Source of the DNA: a phage
DNA: 41,519 bases
Sequence record: NC_093711.1
Strand: one strand, 5' to 3'
Part shown: in pieces, positions 34,070-41,519 of the stretch
Layout: every line of letters begins with the position of its first letter
How positions within the stretch are numbered: position 1 is the first letter of the stretch
Translations under genes and position numbers: made by a program
The notes under the pieces: model-generated
Told to the model about the DNA's origin: nothing
The model's input: the letters and a program-made list of their open reading frames with translations, nothing else
Database searches by the model: none

Positions 34070-35307
34070 TTCTTAAAGAACGCGGTGGAAATAACGATGT
34101 TCACGCATTACTGTCGCCGTCTGGGGCTAAAAAGTGGCTAAGCTGTGCCGCATCACTGGCCTGTGAGAAAGATATTCCTAACTCGTCCGGCAAAGCTGCC
34201 GTATTAGGTACAGCAATGCACACCATAGCAGAGATGCATCTTAACCAGTACATCAAAGGCACTGCGCTGCCGTTAGAGCGCGAAGTCGGGGCTTACGTGC
34301 TGGATGAAGGTAAAGGCCAGATTAAGGCTCTAATCAGCCCGATGAAAGGCGCGGTACTTATTACGGCGGACATGATTGAACAGGTGCGCAAGTACACCGA
34401 CTATTGTAAGGCGATTATCGATGTAGCGACTTACGCTAAGCTGGAAATGCGCGTCAATCTTACTGAGGTATTGCATCCGGGTTATGAAGGCGTTGAGACG
34501 TTCGGAACCGCTGACATCGTTGCCATACAGGAACTGGCGAACACCGACGAACACATGCTTATCATCGGCGACCTGAAAACCGGGCGGCATCGTGTCGAAG
34601 CGAAAGAAAACAAGCAGCTTATGCTTTACGCTCCCGGTGTTTATCGCCGACTCAAGAGACGTTATAACATAACAACCGTTCGTCTGGTCATCTTCCAGCC
34701 GTATGCTGGCGGTGCGTCGGAGTGGGACATCTCGGTTGAAGGTCTGGAACTGTTCGCTAAGTTTGCACATAAACGCGCGCTGTTAGCCCTTGATGCGTAT
34801 TTCCGTGGCAAGAAGAATCTGAAAGCGTCGGATTTCAGGCCGTCGGTCGATGGTTGTCAGTGGTGTCGGTTCTCTGAACAATGTGCCGCGCGTACAAAGA
34901 CGGTTAATTCTGTACTGGCGGAAGAACTAGAAGACGACTTTGTGCTGGAACTTACGCCGGAGCAACTCGTAGCTGAGTATGAGAAGTTGCCGTTGTTGCG
35001 CCAGCACATCGACAAGGTTGAAAAAGCGATGGCAGCCGCTTTGCATTCCGGTAAGAAAGTGCCGGGTTACAAGCTGGTTGAAGGTCGCCAGGGTAATCGT
35101 GCGTGGAAAGACGCGGAGAAAGTAACAGAACTCTACGGCGACAAGCTGACTAAAGAAGTGCTCATGTCACCTACCGAAGCTGTTAAAGTCATACCGGAAG
35201 AAGAACTGAAAGACTTCATTACCCGTAAGCCGGGCGCACCATGTGTCGCAACGGCAGACGACAAACGTCCTGAGTGGAATCAGGTAACAGAGGAGGATTT
35301 AGAATGA
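34066..35307 (+). CDS. PD-(D/E)XK nuclease, Cas4/RecB-like exonuclease
   Basis: 413-aa ORF with nuclease-core motifs (GTADIVAI, IGDLKTG, QLMLYA) and a C-terminal Cys cluster CQWCRFSEQC typical of Cas4-like nucleases. Ends ...VTEEDLE. Confidence 0.7.
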   Translation: MILKERGGNNDVHALLSPSGAKKWLSCAASLACEKDIPNSSGKAAVLGTAMHTIAEMHLNQYIKGTALPLEREVGAYVLDEGKGQIKALISPMKGAVLITADMIEQVRKYTDYCKAIIDVATYAKLEMRVNLTEVLHPGYEGVETFGTADIVAIQELANTDEHMLIIGDLKTGRHRVEAKENKQLMLYAPGVYRRLKRRYNITTVRLVIFQPYAGGASEWDISVEGLELFAKFAHKRALLALDAYFRGKKNLKASDFRPSVDGCQWCRFSEQCAARTKTVNSVLAEELEDDFVLELTPEQLVAEYEKLPLLRQHIDKVEKAMAAALHSGKKVPGYKLVEGRQGNRAWKDAEKVTELYGDKLTKEVLMSPTEAVKVIPEEELKDFITRKPGAPCVATADDKRPEWNQVTEEDLE

Positions 35308-35459
35308 GTACGATTCAGGAATTACATAAAAGCTACTTACAACAACACCGAAACGGCGCCAAGCTGGGCAGGAGCAAAACAATATACCGGGTATTCAGGA
35401 TGGTAATTAGGGATGAGTCGGCTAAAATTATACGTATGACAAAAGAAACGTTTAAATAA
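35304..35459 (+). CDS. small basic protein (51 aa)
   Basis: ATG overlaps the nuclease stop; a GAGGAGG Shine-Dalgarno lies in the nuclease 3' end. The track ORF starts at 35274. Confidence 0.4.
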   Translation: MSTIQELHKSYLQQHRNGAKLGRSKTIYRVFRMVIRDESAKIIRMTKETFK

Positions 35460-35463
35460 AGTG

Positions 35464-35493
35464 TTGACACCTGAATAGTAAGCTATTATAGTT
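35464..35493 (+). promoter_or_regulatory. promoter TTGACA-N18-TATAGT with palindromic operator AATAG-N4-CTATT (35474-35487)
   Basis: Upstream of the SSB-like gene. Confidence 0.5.
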
Positions 35494-35546
35494 CTAATCA
35501 CTGGCCGGGCAGCTTCCCGGAGTAAACTTAAAAGCGAGAAATCACG

Positions 35547-36173
35547 ATGGGTATTAAACTGAATCTGCGTAAAGTAAACACTGCATGGGTTAACGTATTC
35601 GAACGCGAAAAAGACCGTGAAAACGATGATGGCTCGATCACTAAAGGCCAGTACAGCGCGACTATCATCCTGCCGTCTGACCACGCACAAATCGACGCGC
35701 TCTACGACACCGTTTACGCTGTGGTTGAAGAAGCGTTGGGCGCAGCTGCCGCTGAGAAGTGGATGAAGTCCAACTACGGCGAAGGTAAGCACATGGATAA
35801 ATGTGCGATTAAAGACATTGCCGAGCGCGACAATCCGTTTGAAGACTTCCCGGAAGGCTTCTACTTCAAGGCGAAGGCACAGAAACAGCCACTGATTGTA
35901 ACCTCTAAAAAAGGCGAGACTCAGGTAGAACAGGACTTCAATGTAGACGGCGAACAGATTGAAGGTGAACAGGTTTACAGCGGCTGCGTCGCTAACGTAA
36001 GCGTTGAAATCTGGTTCAGTAAGAAATATAAAGTCCTCGGCGTTAACCTGCTGGCGATTAAATACATTGGCGAAGGCAAAGCGTTTGGCGGTTCTAATGT
36101 CGCTGCCAGCGTAAATGACCTGGAAGACGACGAAGAAGATGAAGCACCGCGCCGCGAGCGTCGTCGTCGCTAA
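35547..36173 (+). CDS. ssDNA-binding / annealing-type protein with acidic C-terminal tail
   Basis: 208-aa ORF ending in an acidic tail (DLEDDEEDEAP) followed by an Arg-run. Adjacent to the Cas4-like nuclease. Confidence 0.45.
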   Translation: MGIKLNLRKVNTAWVNVFEREKDRENDDGSITKGQYSATIILPSDHAQIDALYDTVYAVVEEALGAAAAEKWMKSNYGEGKHMDKCAIKDIAERDNPFEDFPEGFYFKAKAQKQPLIVTSKKGETQVEQDFNVDGEQIEGEQVYSGCVANVSVEIWFSKKYKVLGVNLLAIKYIGEGKAFGGSNVAASVNDLEDDEEDEAPRRERRRR

Positions 36174-36192
36174 TATCTGAATCAATTTAACT

Positions 36193-36216
36193 AAGGCCCT
36201 TCATTGGGCCTTTTTA
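36193..36216 (+). terminator. rho-independent terminator after the SSB-like gene
   Basis: AAGGCCC-TTCATTG-GGCCTT followed by TTTT. Confidence 0.55.
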
Positions 36217-36232
36217 CTAAGGGTCAAAAATA

Positions 36233-38413
36233 ATGAGTTACCTGTTCTTAGACTTTGAAACATTCTCCGAAGCCGATTTGAAGAAAGTCGGCTCCTACGC
36301 TTACGCCGAACATCCAACCACCGAAGTTCTAATCTGCACATATGCTTTTGACGACGAGCCTGTGCAGGTATGGGATTGCACCAACGGCAGCGACATGCCG
36401 GGGGATTTGCACCGCGCACTGCGCCGCCTGGTGAAGCCAAACAGTCGCATTAAGATGGTGTGGCACAACGGCTCAATGTTCGACAGGCTCATAATGAAGC
36501 ATTGCTGGGACTTTGATATTCCGGTAAGCAACACCATTGATACGATGATTTGGGCGTTTCGTCACGCGCTGCCGGGTTCTCTTGATGCGCTGTGTGAAGT
36601 GCTTGGCGTGTCCGCAGACAACGCGAAAGACAAACGAGGCAAAGCGCTTATTCAGCGTTTTTCTAAACCGACACCGAAGAACTACAAAATCCGCCGCTAC
36701 ACTGCTGAAACGCACCCGGATGAGTGGGCGCTGTTCATCAGGTACGCCGTTAGCGACATCACCGCGATGCGTGAAGTGTTCCATAAGCTGCCACGTTGGG
36801 GCAACTCCGAGTTCGAAGACCGTGTGCTGGAACTGGACCAGTTAATCAACGACCGCGGGTTTAAGGTTGACGTTGCACTGGCGGAGGCCGCGATTGAAGC
36901 CGTGGAGAAACACAAAGCGCAGTTACAGGAAGAAGCCCAACGTAAATACGGCGGCTCGCTTACCGGAAAGGACTTCCTGCCGATTCTGCGTGAACTGGCG
37001 CCTGCTCATCGCATCCACAACGCGCAGAAGTCTACGCTTAACGACCTGCTTGCTGACGATGATTTACCGGACGACGCCCGCACGATTATAGAAATGCGCC
37101 TCGGGGCGGCATCCACTGCGTCAACGAAATATAACCCGCTGCTGTTAGGCCGCTCGTCTGACGACCGCCGTCGCGGTTGCATCCAGTATGGTGGAGCTAA
37201 ACGTACGTTACGATTTGCGGGTAAAGGCTTCCAGCCGCAGAACCTGGCGCGTGGGTACTATCACGATGATGAACTGGATAAAGGTATTTCAGCATTACTT
37301 AAGGGCCGAGCACATCGCCGTTTTGATGTAGCCAAGCTAACGGCATCTACGGTTCGCAGCTGCATTATCCCGGAAGCCGGACATAAGTTTGTCGTCGCCG
37401 ACTACTCGAACGTTGAAGGCCGCGGTTTGGCGTGGCTGGCTGGCGAAGAAACCGCGCTTGATACGTTCCGTGCCGGGCTGGATATTTACTGCGTAACCGC
37501 AGGCAAGATGTTCGGCATGGAGCCGGATTACATTAAGAAAGAACGTAAAGACTTACGCCAGATTGGTAAGGCATGCGAACTTGGACTTGGCTACGCGGGT
37601 GGTGTCGGCGCATTCGTACAGTTCGCCAAGAACCTCGGCCTTGACCTTGTTGATATGGCAAAAACAATGGACGGGACTTTCCCCGACCACATCTGGGCTG
37701 CTACCGCACGTGGATATGAGTGGGCGCGTATTCAGGAAGCCAAGAGACCGCCACGTCCCGGTGAAAAAGATGACCGACCATCATATATTCTGGACAAGAA
37801 AGTGTGGCGTACCTGCGACGCTATCAAGCGTATGTGGCGCGAGTCTCATCCTGAAACAGTAGCTTTCTGGCGAGATATTGAAGACGCAGCTATGGCGGCT
37901 ATCCGCAATCCAGGTAAAGAGTTCACTGCAGGTCCGCGCGGCGTTAAGTTTTCGCGTAACGTAGAGACAGACAACAACGGCAACAAAGTCGCCGGTTGGT
38001 GGTTGCGTATGACGTTGCCGTCTGGTCGAGTTATGTCATACCCTGGCGTCGGGTTAAGCGTGTCGAAAGAGACAGACGAAGACGGGAAGGTGTCTACCAA
38101 CGTGCGCATCAAGTACCAGGGCGAAAACCAGTTAACCCGTCAGTGGGGCTTCCAGTACACCTACTCTGGTAAACTGGTGGAAAACTGCACTCAGGCGCTG
38201 TGCCGTGATTTGTTGGCTAATGCACTGCTGAACGTCGAAGCAAACGGCTACCCGATTGTGCTTCATGTTCACGATGAGATTATCTGCGAGACACCAGATT
38301 TACCAGAATACAATGTCGCAGAACTGGAACGATTGATGTGCGAATTACCAGAGTGGGCCGAGGGGTTCCCTCTTGTAGCAGAAGGCGCGGAGATGAAGCG
38401 TTATGCCAAGTAA
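36233..38413 (+). CDS. DNA polymerase, family A (Pol I-like) with 3'-5' exonuclease domain
   Basis: 726-aa ORF with exo motif I (FLDFETFS), polymerase motif A (VVADYSNVEGRGLA), motif B (RQIGKACELGLGYAGG) and motif C (HVHDEI). Confidence 0.85.
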   Translation: MSYLFLDFETFSEADLKKVGSYAYAEHPTTEVLICTYAFDDEPVQVWDCTNGSDMPGDLHRALRRLVKPNSRIKMVWHNGSMFDRLIMKHCWDFDIPVSNTIDTMIWAFRHALPGSLDALCEVLGVSADNAKDKRGKALIQRFSKPTPKNYKIRRYTAETHPDEWALFIRYAVSDITAMREVFHKLPRWGNSEFEDRVLELDQLINDRGFKVDVALAEAAIEAVEKHKAQLQEEAQRKYGGSLTGKDFLPILRELAPAHRIHNAQKSTLNDLLADDDLPDDARTIIEMRLGAASTASTKYNPLLLGRSSDDRRRGCIQYGGAKRTLRFAGKGFQPQNLARGYYHDDELDKGISALLKGRAHRRFDVAKLTASTVRSCIIPEAGHKFVVADYSNVEGRGLAWLAGEETALDTFRAGLDIYCVTAGKMFGMEPDYIKKERKDLRQIGKACELGLGYAGGVGAFVQFAKNLGLDLVDMAKTMDGTFPDHIWAATARGYEWARIQEAKRPPRPGEKDDRPSYILDKKVWRTCDAIKRMWRESHPETVAFWRDIEDAAMAAIRNPGKEFTAGPRGVKFSRNVETDNNGNKVAGWWLRMTLPSGRVMSYPGVGLSVSKETDEDGKVSTNVRIKYQGENQLTRQWGFQYTYSGKLVENCTQALCRDLLANALLNVEANGYPIVLHVHDEIICETPDLPEYNVAELERLMCELPEWAEGFPLVAEGAEMKRYAK

Positions 38414-38769
38414 ACTGATTATCGCGGTACTGGCGGGATTTGCTGCCGGTGTCTACTGTCACGAGGGTCAATACGGCATGATGGTTGCTATATTGGGTAT
38501 GTTCATCGCAATTTATCTGTGGGTGCTGGAATGAAAATCTACTGGTTTTATGAAGAAGACTGTCGAATCTGTCCGCGCTGCGGTATTGGACATACGAAAC
38601 GTGAGGGGTGCGTATTATGACAATGTTTGTATTTTGGACGATAGTAACCATGCTCGCACTGCTACTCGGCGCAGGAATAGCCGCGTTGTTCTGTTACGGT
38701 CTGTTCTTTAAGTTTGTTGGCGTTGCTGTTCTTGGCGGGGCTTTCATTACCTGGATTCCGCGGTCATGA
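38403..38769 (+). CDS. three overlapping coupled micro-ORFs (~43, 29 and 50 aa): two small membrane peptides flanking a Cys-rich peptide
   Basis: Approximate boundaries 38403-38534, 38531-38620 and 38617-38769, each joined by ATGA-type overlaps. Hydrophobic stretches in the first and third; CRICPRCG in the middle one. Not in the ORF track. Confidence 0.3.
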
Positions 38770-39050
38770 CTAAAGAGGGCCGCGTACAGAAATACGCAAA
38801 GGAGCGATTCGAGGCCATCGGCGGCCTCGTTCGTAAGCTCTCCTACGAAGGACGTTCGGGTGCTCCTGACCTGCTGGTAATTCTCCCCGGCGGCATAGTC
38901 TGGTTCGTCGAGATGAAGAAAGACGAAAACACGAAGCCAGACCCGCACCAGATACGTGAGCACGAGCGGATGCGTAAACGTGGTGCGAATGTTTTTGTCG
39001 TTGGTTCGTTTAAACAGGTTGACGACCTAATAGCGAGCTATTATAGTTAA
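38766..39050 (+). CDS. VRR-NUC domain nuclease
   Basis: 94-aa ORF with PD-(D/E)XK-type core (GAPDLLVILPGG...FVEMK) and a downstream QIREHERMRKRGA motif. Confidence 0.55.
   Translation: MTKEGRVQKYAKERFEAIGGLVRKLSYEGRSGAPDLLVILPGGIVWFVEMKKDENTKPDPHQIREHERMRKRGANVFVVGSFKQVDDLIASYYS
39019..39047 (+). promoter_or_regulatory. promoter TTGACG-N17-TATAGT with palindromic operator AATAG-N4-CTATT (39029-39042)
   Basis: Embedded in the 3' end of the VRR-NUC gene, ~35 nt upstream of the 39081 start. Confidence 0.45.
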
Positions 39051-39080
39051 TCACACACCAACAATATAAGGAATTGAGAA

Positions 39081-39272
39081 ATGAAACACGAATATGACCG
39101 CAAACCAGCACGTGACATCGTACCTGGCGATATGATTTTCAACGTTAAGACCCGCCACCCTGTTGCCGTTGATACGGTGTACGTCGAGTCAAACGGTAAA
39201 CTGGTTATCGAAGATGTAACAGGAAACGTTACGGCGTTCGGGCGTAAGGAACTGGTTCTGGTGGCGAAATGA
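39081..39272 (+). CDS. hypothetical protein
   Basis: 63-aa ORF coupled to the helicase gene (ATGA). Confidence 0.4.
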   Translation: MKHEYDRKPARDIVPGDMIFNVKTRHPVAVDTVYVESNGKLVIEDVTGNVTAFGRKELVLVAK

Positions 39273-40693
39273 GTAAGTTTCAAAGGCGCGAGTACCAGAA
39301 GCTCATGACTTCGTTCATGCTGCGGCACCATCGCTGTAATATTTGGGCAAGCATGGGCGCCGGGAAGACTGGCAGCGTACTGTGGGTATTAAACCGACTG
39401 TTACGTAATGGTCAGCTTAATGATGACGACCGCGTGTTAATCCTCGCCCCGCTGCGCGTTGCGTCCGGCACATGGCCCGCAGAACAAGAGAAATGGCGAT
39501 TCCCGTGCCTGCGTGTCGTAGATGCGACAGGTTCAGAGAAACGCCGCATCGCGGCGCTGGAGTCAGATGCTAACGTGGTGTGTACCAACTACGAAGTTAT
39601 CGAGTGGCTGATTGACTACTACGGCAAAGACGACTGGCCTTTTACCGTTATCGTTGCCGACGAGAGCACGAAACTGAAATCGTTCCGCAGCCGTTCTGGT
39701 GGCAGCAAGCGCGCGAAGGCACTCAGCAAAGTGGCATTCGGTAAGGTTAAGCGTTTCATTAACCTGACAGGCACACCGTCGCCGAACGGCCTCAAGGACT
39801 TGTGGGGGCAGAACTGGTTTATCGACGCTGGCGAGCGCCTTGGTTCTTCGTACACGGCATTCACAGACCGCTGGTTTAACTCGGTACAGAAAGGGAAATC
39901 CGCGATGGCGCGGGAGTATCACGCACGACCGGGTGCGGATAATGAGATTCATCAGAAGATGAAAGACATTAGTCTCACGATTGACGCCGCCGAGTGGTTT
40001 GGTTGCGAAGCGCCGATTATTGTACCGGTTGAAATCGACCTGCCGAAGAAGGCGCGTCAGGCGTACATCGATATGGAGGAAAAGTTATTCGCGGAACTGG
40101 AAAGCGGAGAAGTTGAAGCGGCTAACGCCGCGGCAAAGACGTCAAAGTGTTTGCAGATTGCTTCTGGTGCTGTGTATGTATCAGGGCCAGACGGAGAAGC
40201 AACCAAAGACTGGGAGAAAGTGCACGACACGAAACTGGATGCGCTGGAGTCAATTGTTGAGGAGTTACAGGGTGCTCCGCTACTGGTAGCCTATCAGTTC
40301 AAGCACGAACTGGAGCGTATCCTGAAACGTTTCCCGCAGGCGCAGGCATTCGCGAAAGGTGCTAAGGGTAATAAGCAGATGGAAGCATGGAACCGCGGCG
40401 AAATCGAAATCTTATGCGTGCATCCTGCGTCGGCCGGACATGGTTTGAATTTACAGGACGGCGGACATCATCTGGCATTCATCTCGCAAGGCTGGAACCT
40501 TGAGCACTATTTGCAGGTTGTCGAGCGCATAGGCCCAGTTCGCCAGAAGCAGGCAGGCCACGAACGCCCGGTGTTCCTGTATCACATCGTTGCTAAAGAC
40601 ACACTGGACGAGGTTGTTGCCGCGCGTACCGACGAGAAGAAATCGGTACAGGAAGAGTTGCTTAACTACATGAAGAGACGAGGTAAGAAATGA
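39269..40693 (+). CDS. SNF2/DEAD-like superfamily II helicase
   Basis: 474-aa ORF with Walker A (GAGKTG), DEAH-like box (VIVADESTKL), motif III (LTGTPSPNGLKDLW) and a C-terminal helicase-domain motif (SAGHGLNLQ). Confidence 0.8.
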   Translation: MSKFQRREYQKLMTSFMLRHHRCNIWASMGAGKTGSVLWVLNRLLRNGQLNDDDRVLILAPLRVASGTWPAEQEKWRFPCLRVVDATGSEKRRIAALESDANVVCTNYEVIEWLIDYYGKDDWPFTVIVADESTKLKSFRSRSGGSKRAKALSKVAFGKVKRFINLTGTPSPNGLKDLWGQNWFIDAGERLGSSYTAFTDRWFNSVQKGKSAMAREYHARPGADNEIHQKMKDISLTIDAAEWFGCEAPIIVPVEIDLPKKARQAYIDMEEKLFAELESGEVEAANAAAKTSKCLQIASGAVYVSGPDGEATKDWEKVHDTKLDALESIVEELQGAPLLVAYQFKHELERILKRFPQAQAFAKGAKGNKQMEAWNRGEIEILCVHPASAGHGLNLQDGGHHLAFISQGWNLEHYLQVVERIGPVRQKQAGHERPVFLYHIVAKDTLDEVVAARTDEKKSVQEELLNYMKRRGKK

Positions 40694-40827
40694 ACATAAT
40701 AGTCCCGATTCCGGCATTACAAAAACGTATCAAGGAACTTGAAGAAGAGGTTCTACGACTACGGCAGCAAAGAGACGCCGCTAATGCGCAACTGGCGTTT
40801 GTACTGGAGAAGTTATCAGAAGAGTAG
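40690..40827 (+). CDS. small coiled-coil protein (45 aa), not in the ORF track
   Basis: ATG overlaps the helicase stop; followed by a terminator. Confidence 0.35.
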   Translation: MNIIVPIPALQKRIKELEEEVLRLRQQRDAANAQLAFVLEKLSEE

Positions 40828-40831
40828 AGAA

Positions 40832-40858
40832 AAGGCCCCGTTTGGGGCCTTAGTTTTA
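40832..40858. terminator. bidirectional rho-independent terminator
   Basis: GGCCCCGTTTGGGGCC hairpin with flanking A-run and T-run, between the convergent plus-strand replication operon and minus-strand tail fibre gene. Confidence 0.65.
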
Positions 40859-41519
40859 TTTATCTTCTAGTGCTGCCAGCCTCTTCTCGAACTCGCGCAT
40901 CTTCTTACGCTGATAGGCAATCTCTATGAAGAACATCTGGTCCGCCCTAACCCCCCATCTGCCGCCGGGAGGGGATACTTGTACAGTCTGGCCATCTTCA
41001 TCAATATCATACGCGGCTTCAATTGAGTCGTAGCACAAGAAAGCATATTTACAATCGGTAGAATCTTTCTCCATAAGCCCATGGTCGACCAAGATGTCTC
41101 GCACATCTTGGGCTATCACACCGAAGTGTATCCTTGCAGTGTCACCCTTGATTGCTAGGCTTTCAAGCCACTTAAAAGATATTACATGTATATCCTCCCA
41201 TGCGGTAAGGAGTTGTCCCTCAATTTCCTCTTTGTTCGTCTTAAGTGTACCATCAGACGTGTTTATCGTACCGGTGGCCGCGTACACCGTAGTCCACCTA
41301 TTACCTGCCGAACCTAAAGACACTTGCGAGTCTAAGTAAGGAAGAAAATTGTTGTATGAGTAGAAGCCTCCTGACGCATACATAATAGCCCTGTTAGGCG
41401 TTGCATGGTTTGCCCCGTACAGTTGCAGCAACGCACCATCGGAACGGGATGCACCATCACCACCGCTAACTATCAGTCTTTGACCCGATGGGGTTTTAGT
41501 GGGGACTGTTTTTGAAATC
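40856..41519 (-). CDS. tail fibre C-terminal region with intramolecular chaperone domain (peptidase S74-like); partial, N-terminus beyond the window
   Basis: The frame is open from 41431 to the window edge. C-terminal pattern TSDGTLKTNKEEIEG...FGVIAQDV resembles the autoproteolytic chaperone domain of tail fibres and endosialidases. Confidence 0.55.
   Translation of the reverse strand, partial: ISKTVPTKTPSGQRLIVSGGDGASRSDGALLQLYGANHATPNRAIMYASGGFYSYNNFLPYLDSQVSLGSAGNRWTTVYAATGTINTSDGTLKTNKEEIEGQLLTAWEDIHVISFKWLESLAIKGDTARIHFGVIAQDVRDILVDHGLMEKDSTDCKYAFLCYDSIEAAYDIDEDGQTVQVSPPGGRWGVRADQMFFIEIAYQRKKMREFEKRLAALEDK

Overview
The window is a gene-dense segment of a tailed dsDNA phage genome (siphovirus-like, lambda-type tail tip module, HK97-type head module), not ordinary bacterial chromosome. 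Left to right: minus-strand tail genes (sialidase-like tailspike, gpJ/K/L/M-like tip proteins, tape measure, G/GT-type chaperone pair); a plus-strand three-enzyme insert (HTH-metallophosphoesterase, HAD phosphatase, P-loop kinase) plus a secreted protein; minus-strand major tail, connector, capsid, scaffold, Rz/Rz1 spanins, head morphogenesis, portal and terminase genes; a minus-strand early region of many short coupled ORFs with a holin/endolysin cassette and an HslV-like hydrolase; a divergent control region; then a plus-strand replication module (primase-helicase, Cas4-like nuclease, SSB-like protein, family A DNA polymerase, VRR-NUC, SNF2 helicase), ending in a partial tail-fibre gene. No tRNA, rRNA, CRISPR array or integrase was seen. 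The most notable observations are: (1) a ~150-190 bp non-coding element present in two copies with a 34-nt identical core and hairpins at matching positions; (2) a 14-bp palindrome AATAG-N4-CTATT overlapping the -10 of at least seven putative promoters; (3) the three-enzyme insert inside the tail cluster; (4) an HslV/proteasome-like protein. All functional calls rest on motifs read by eye and were not checked by database search. Coordinates not taken from the ORF track are approximate (+/-1-2 nt), because at one homopolymer the sequence as read and the ORF track disagreed by one base.
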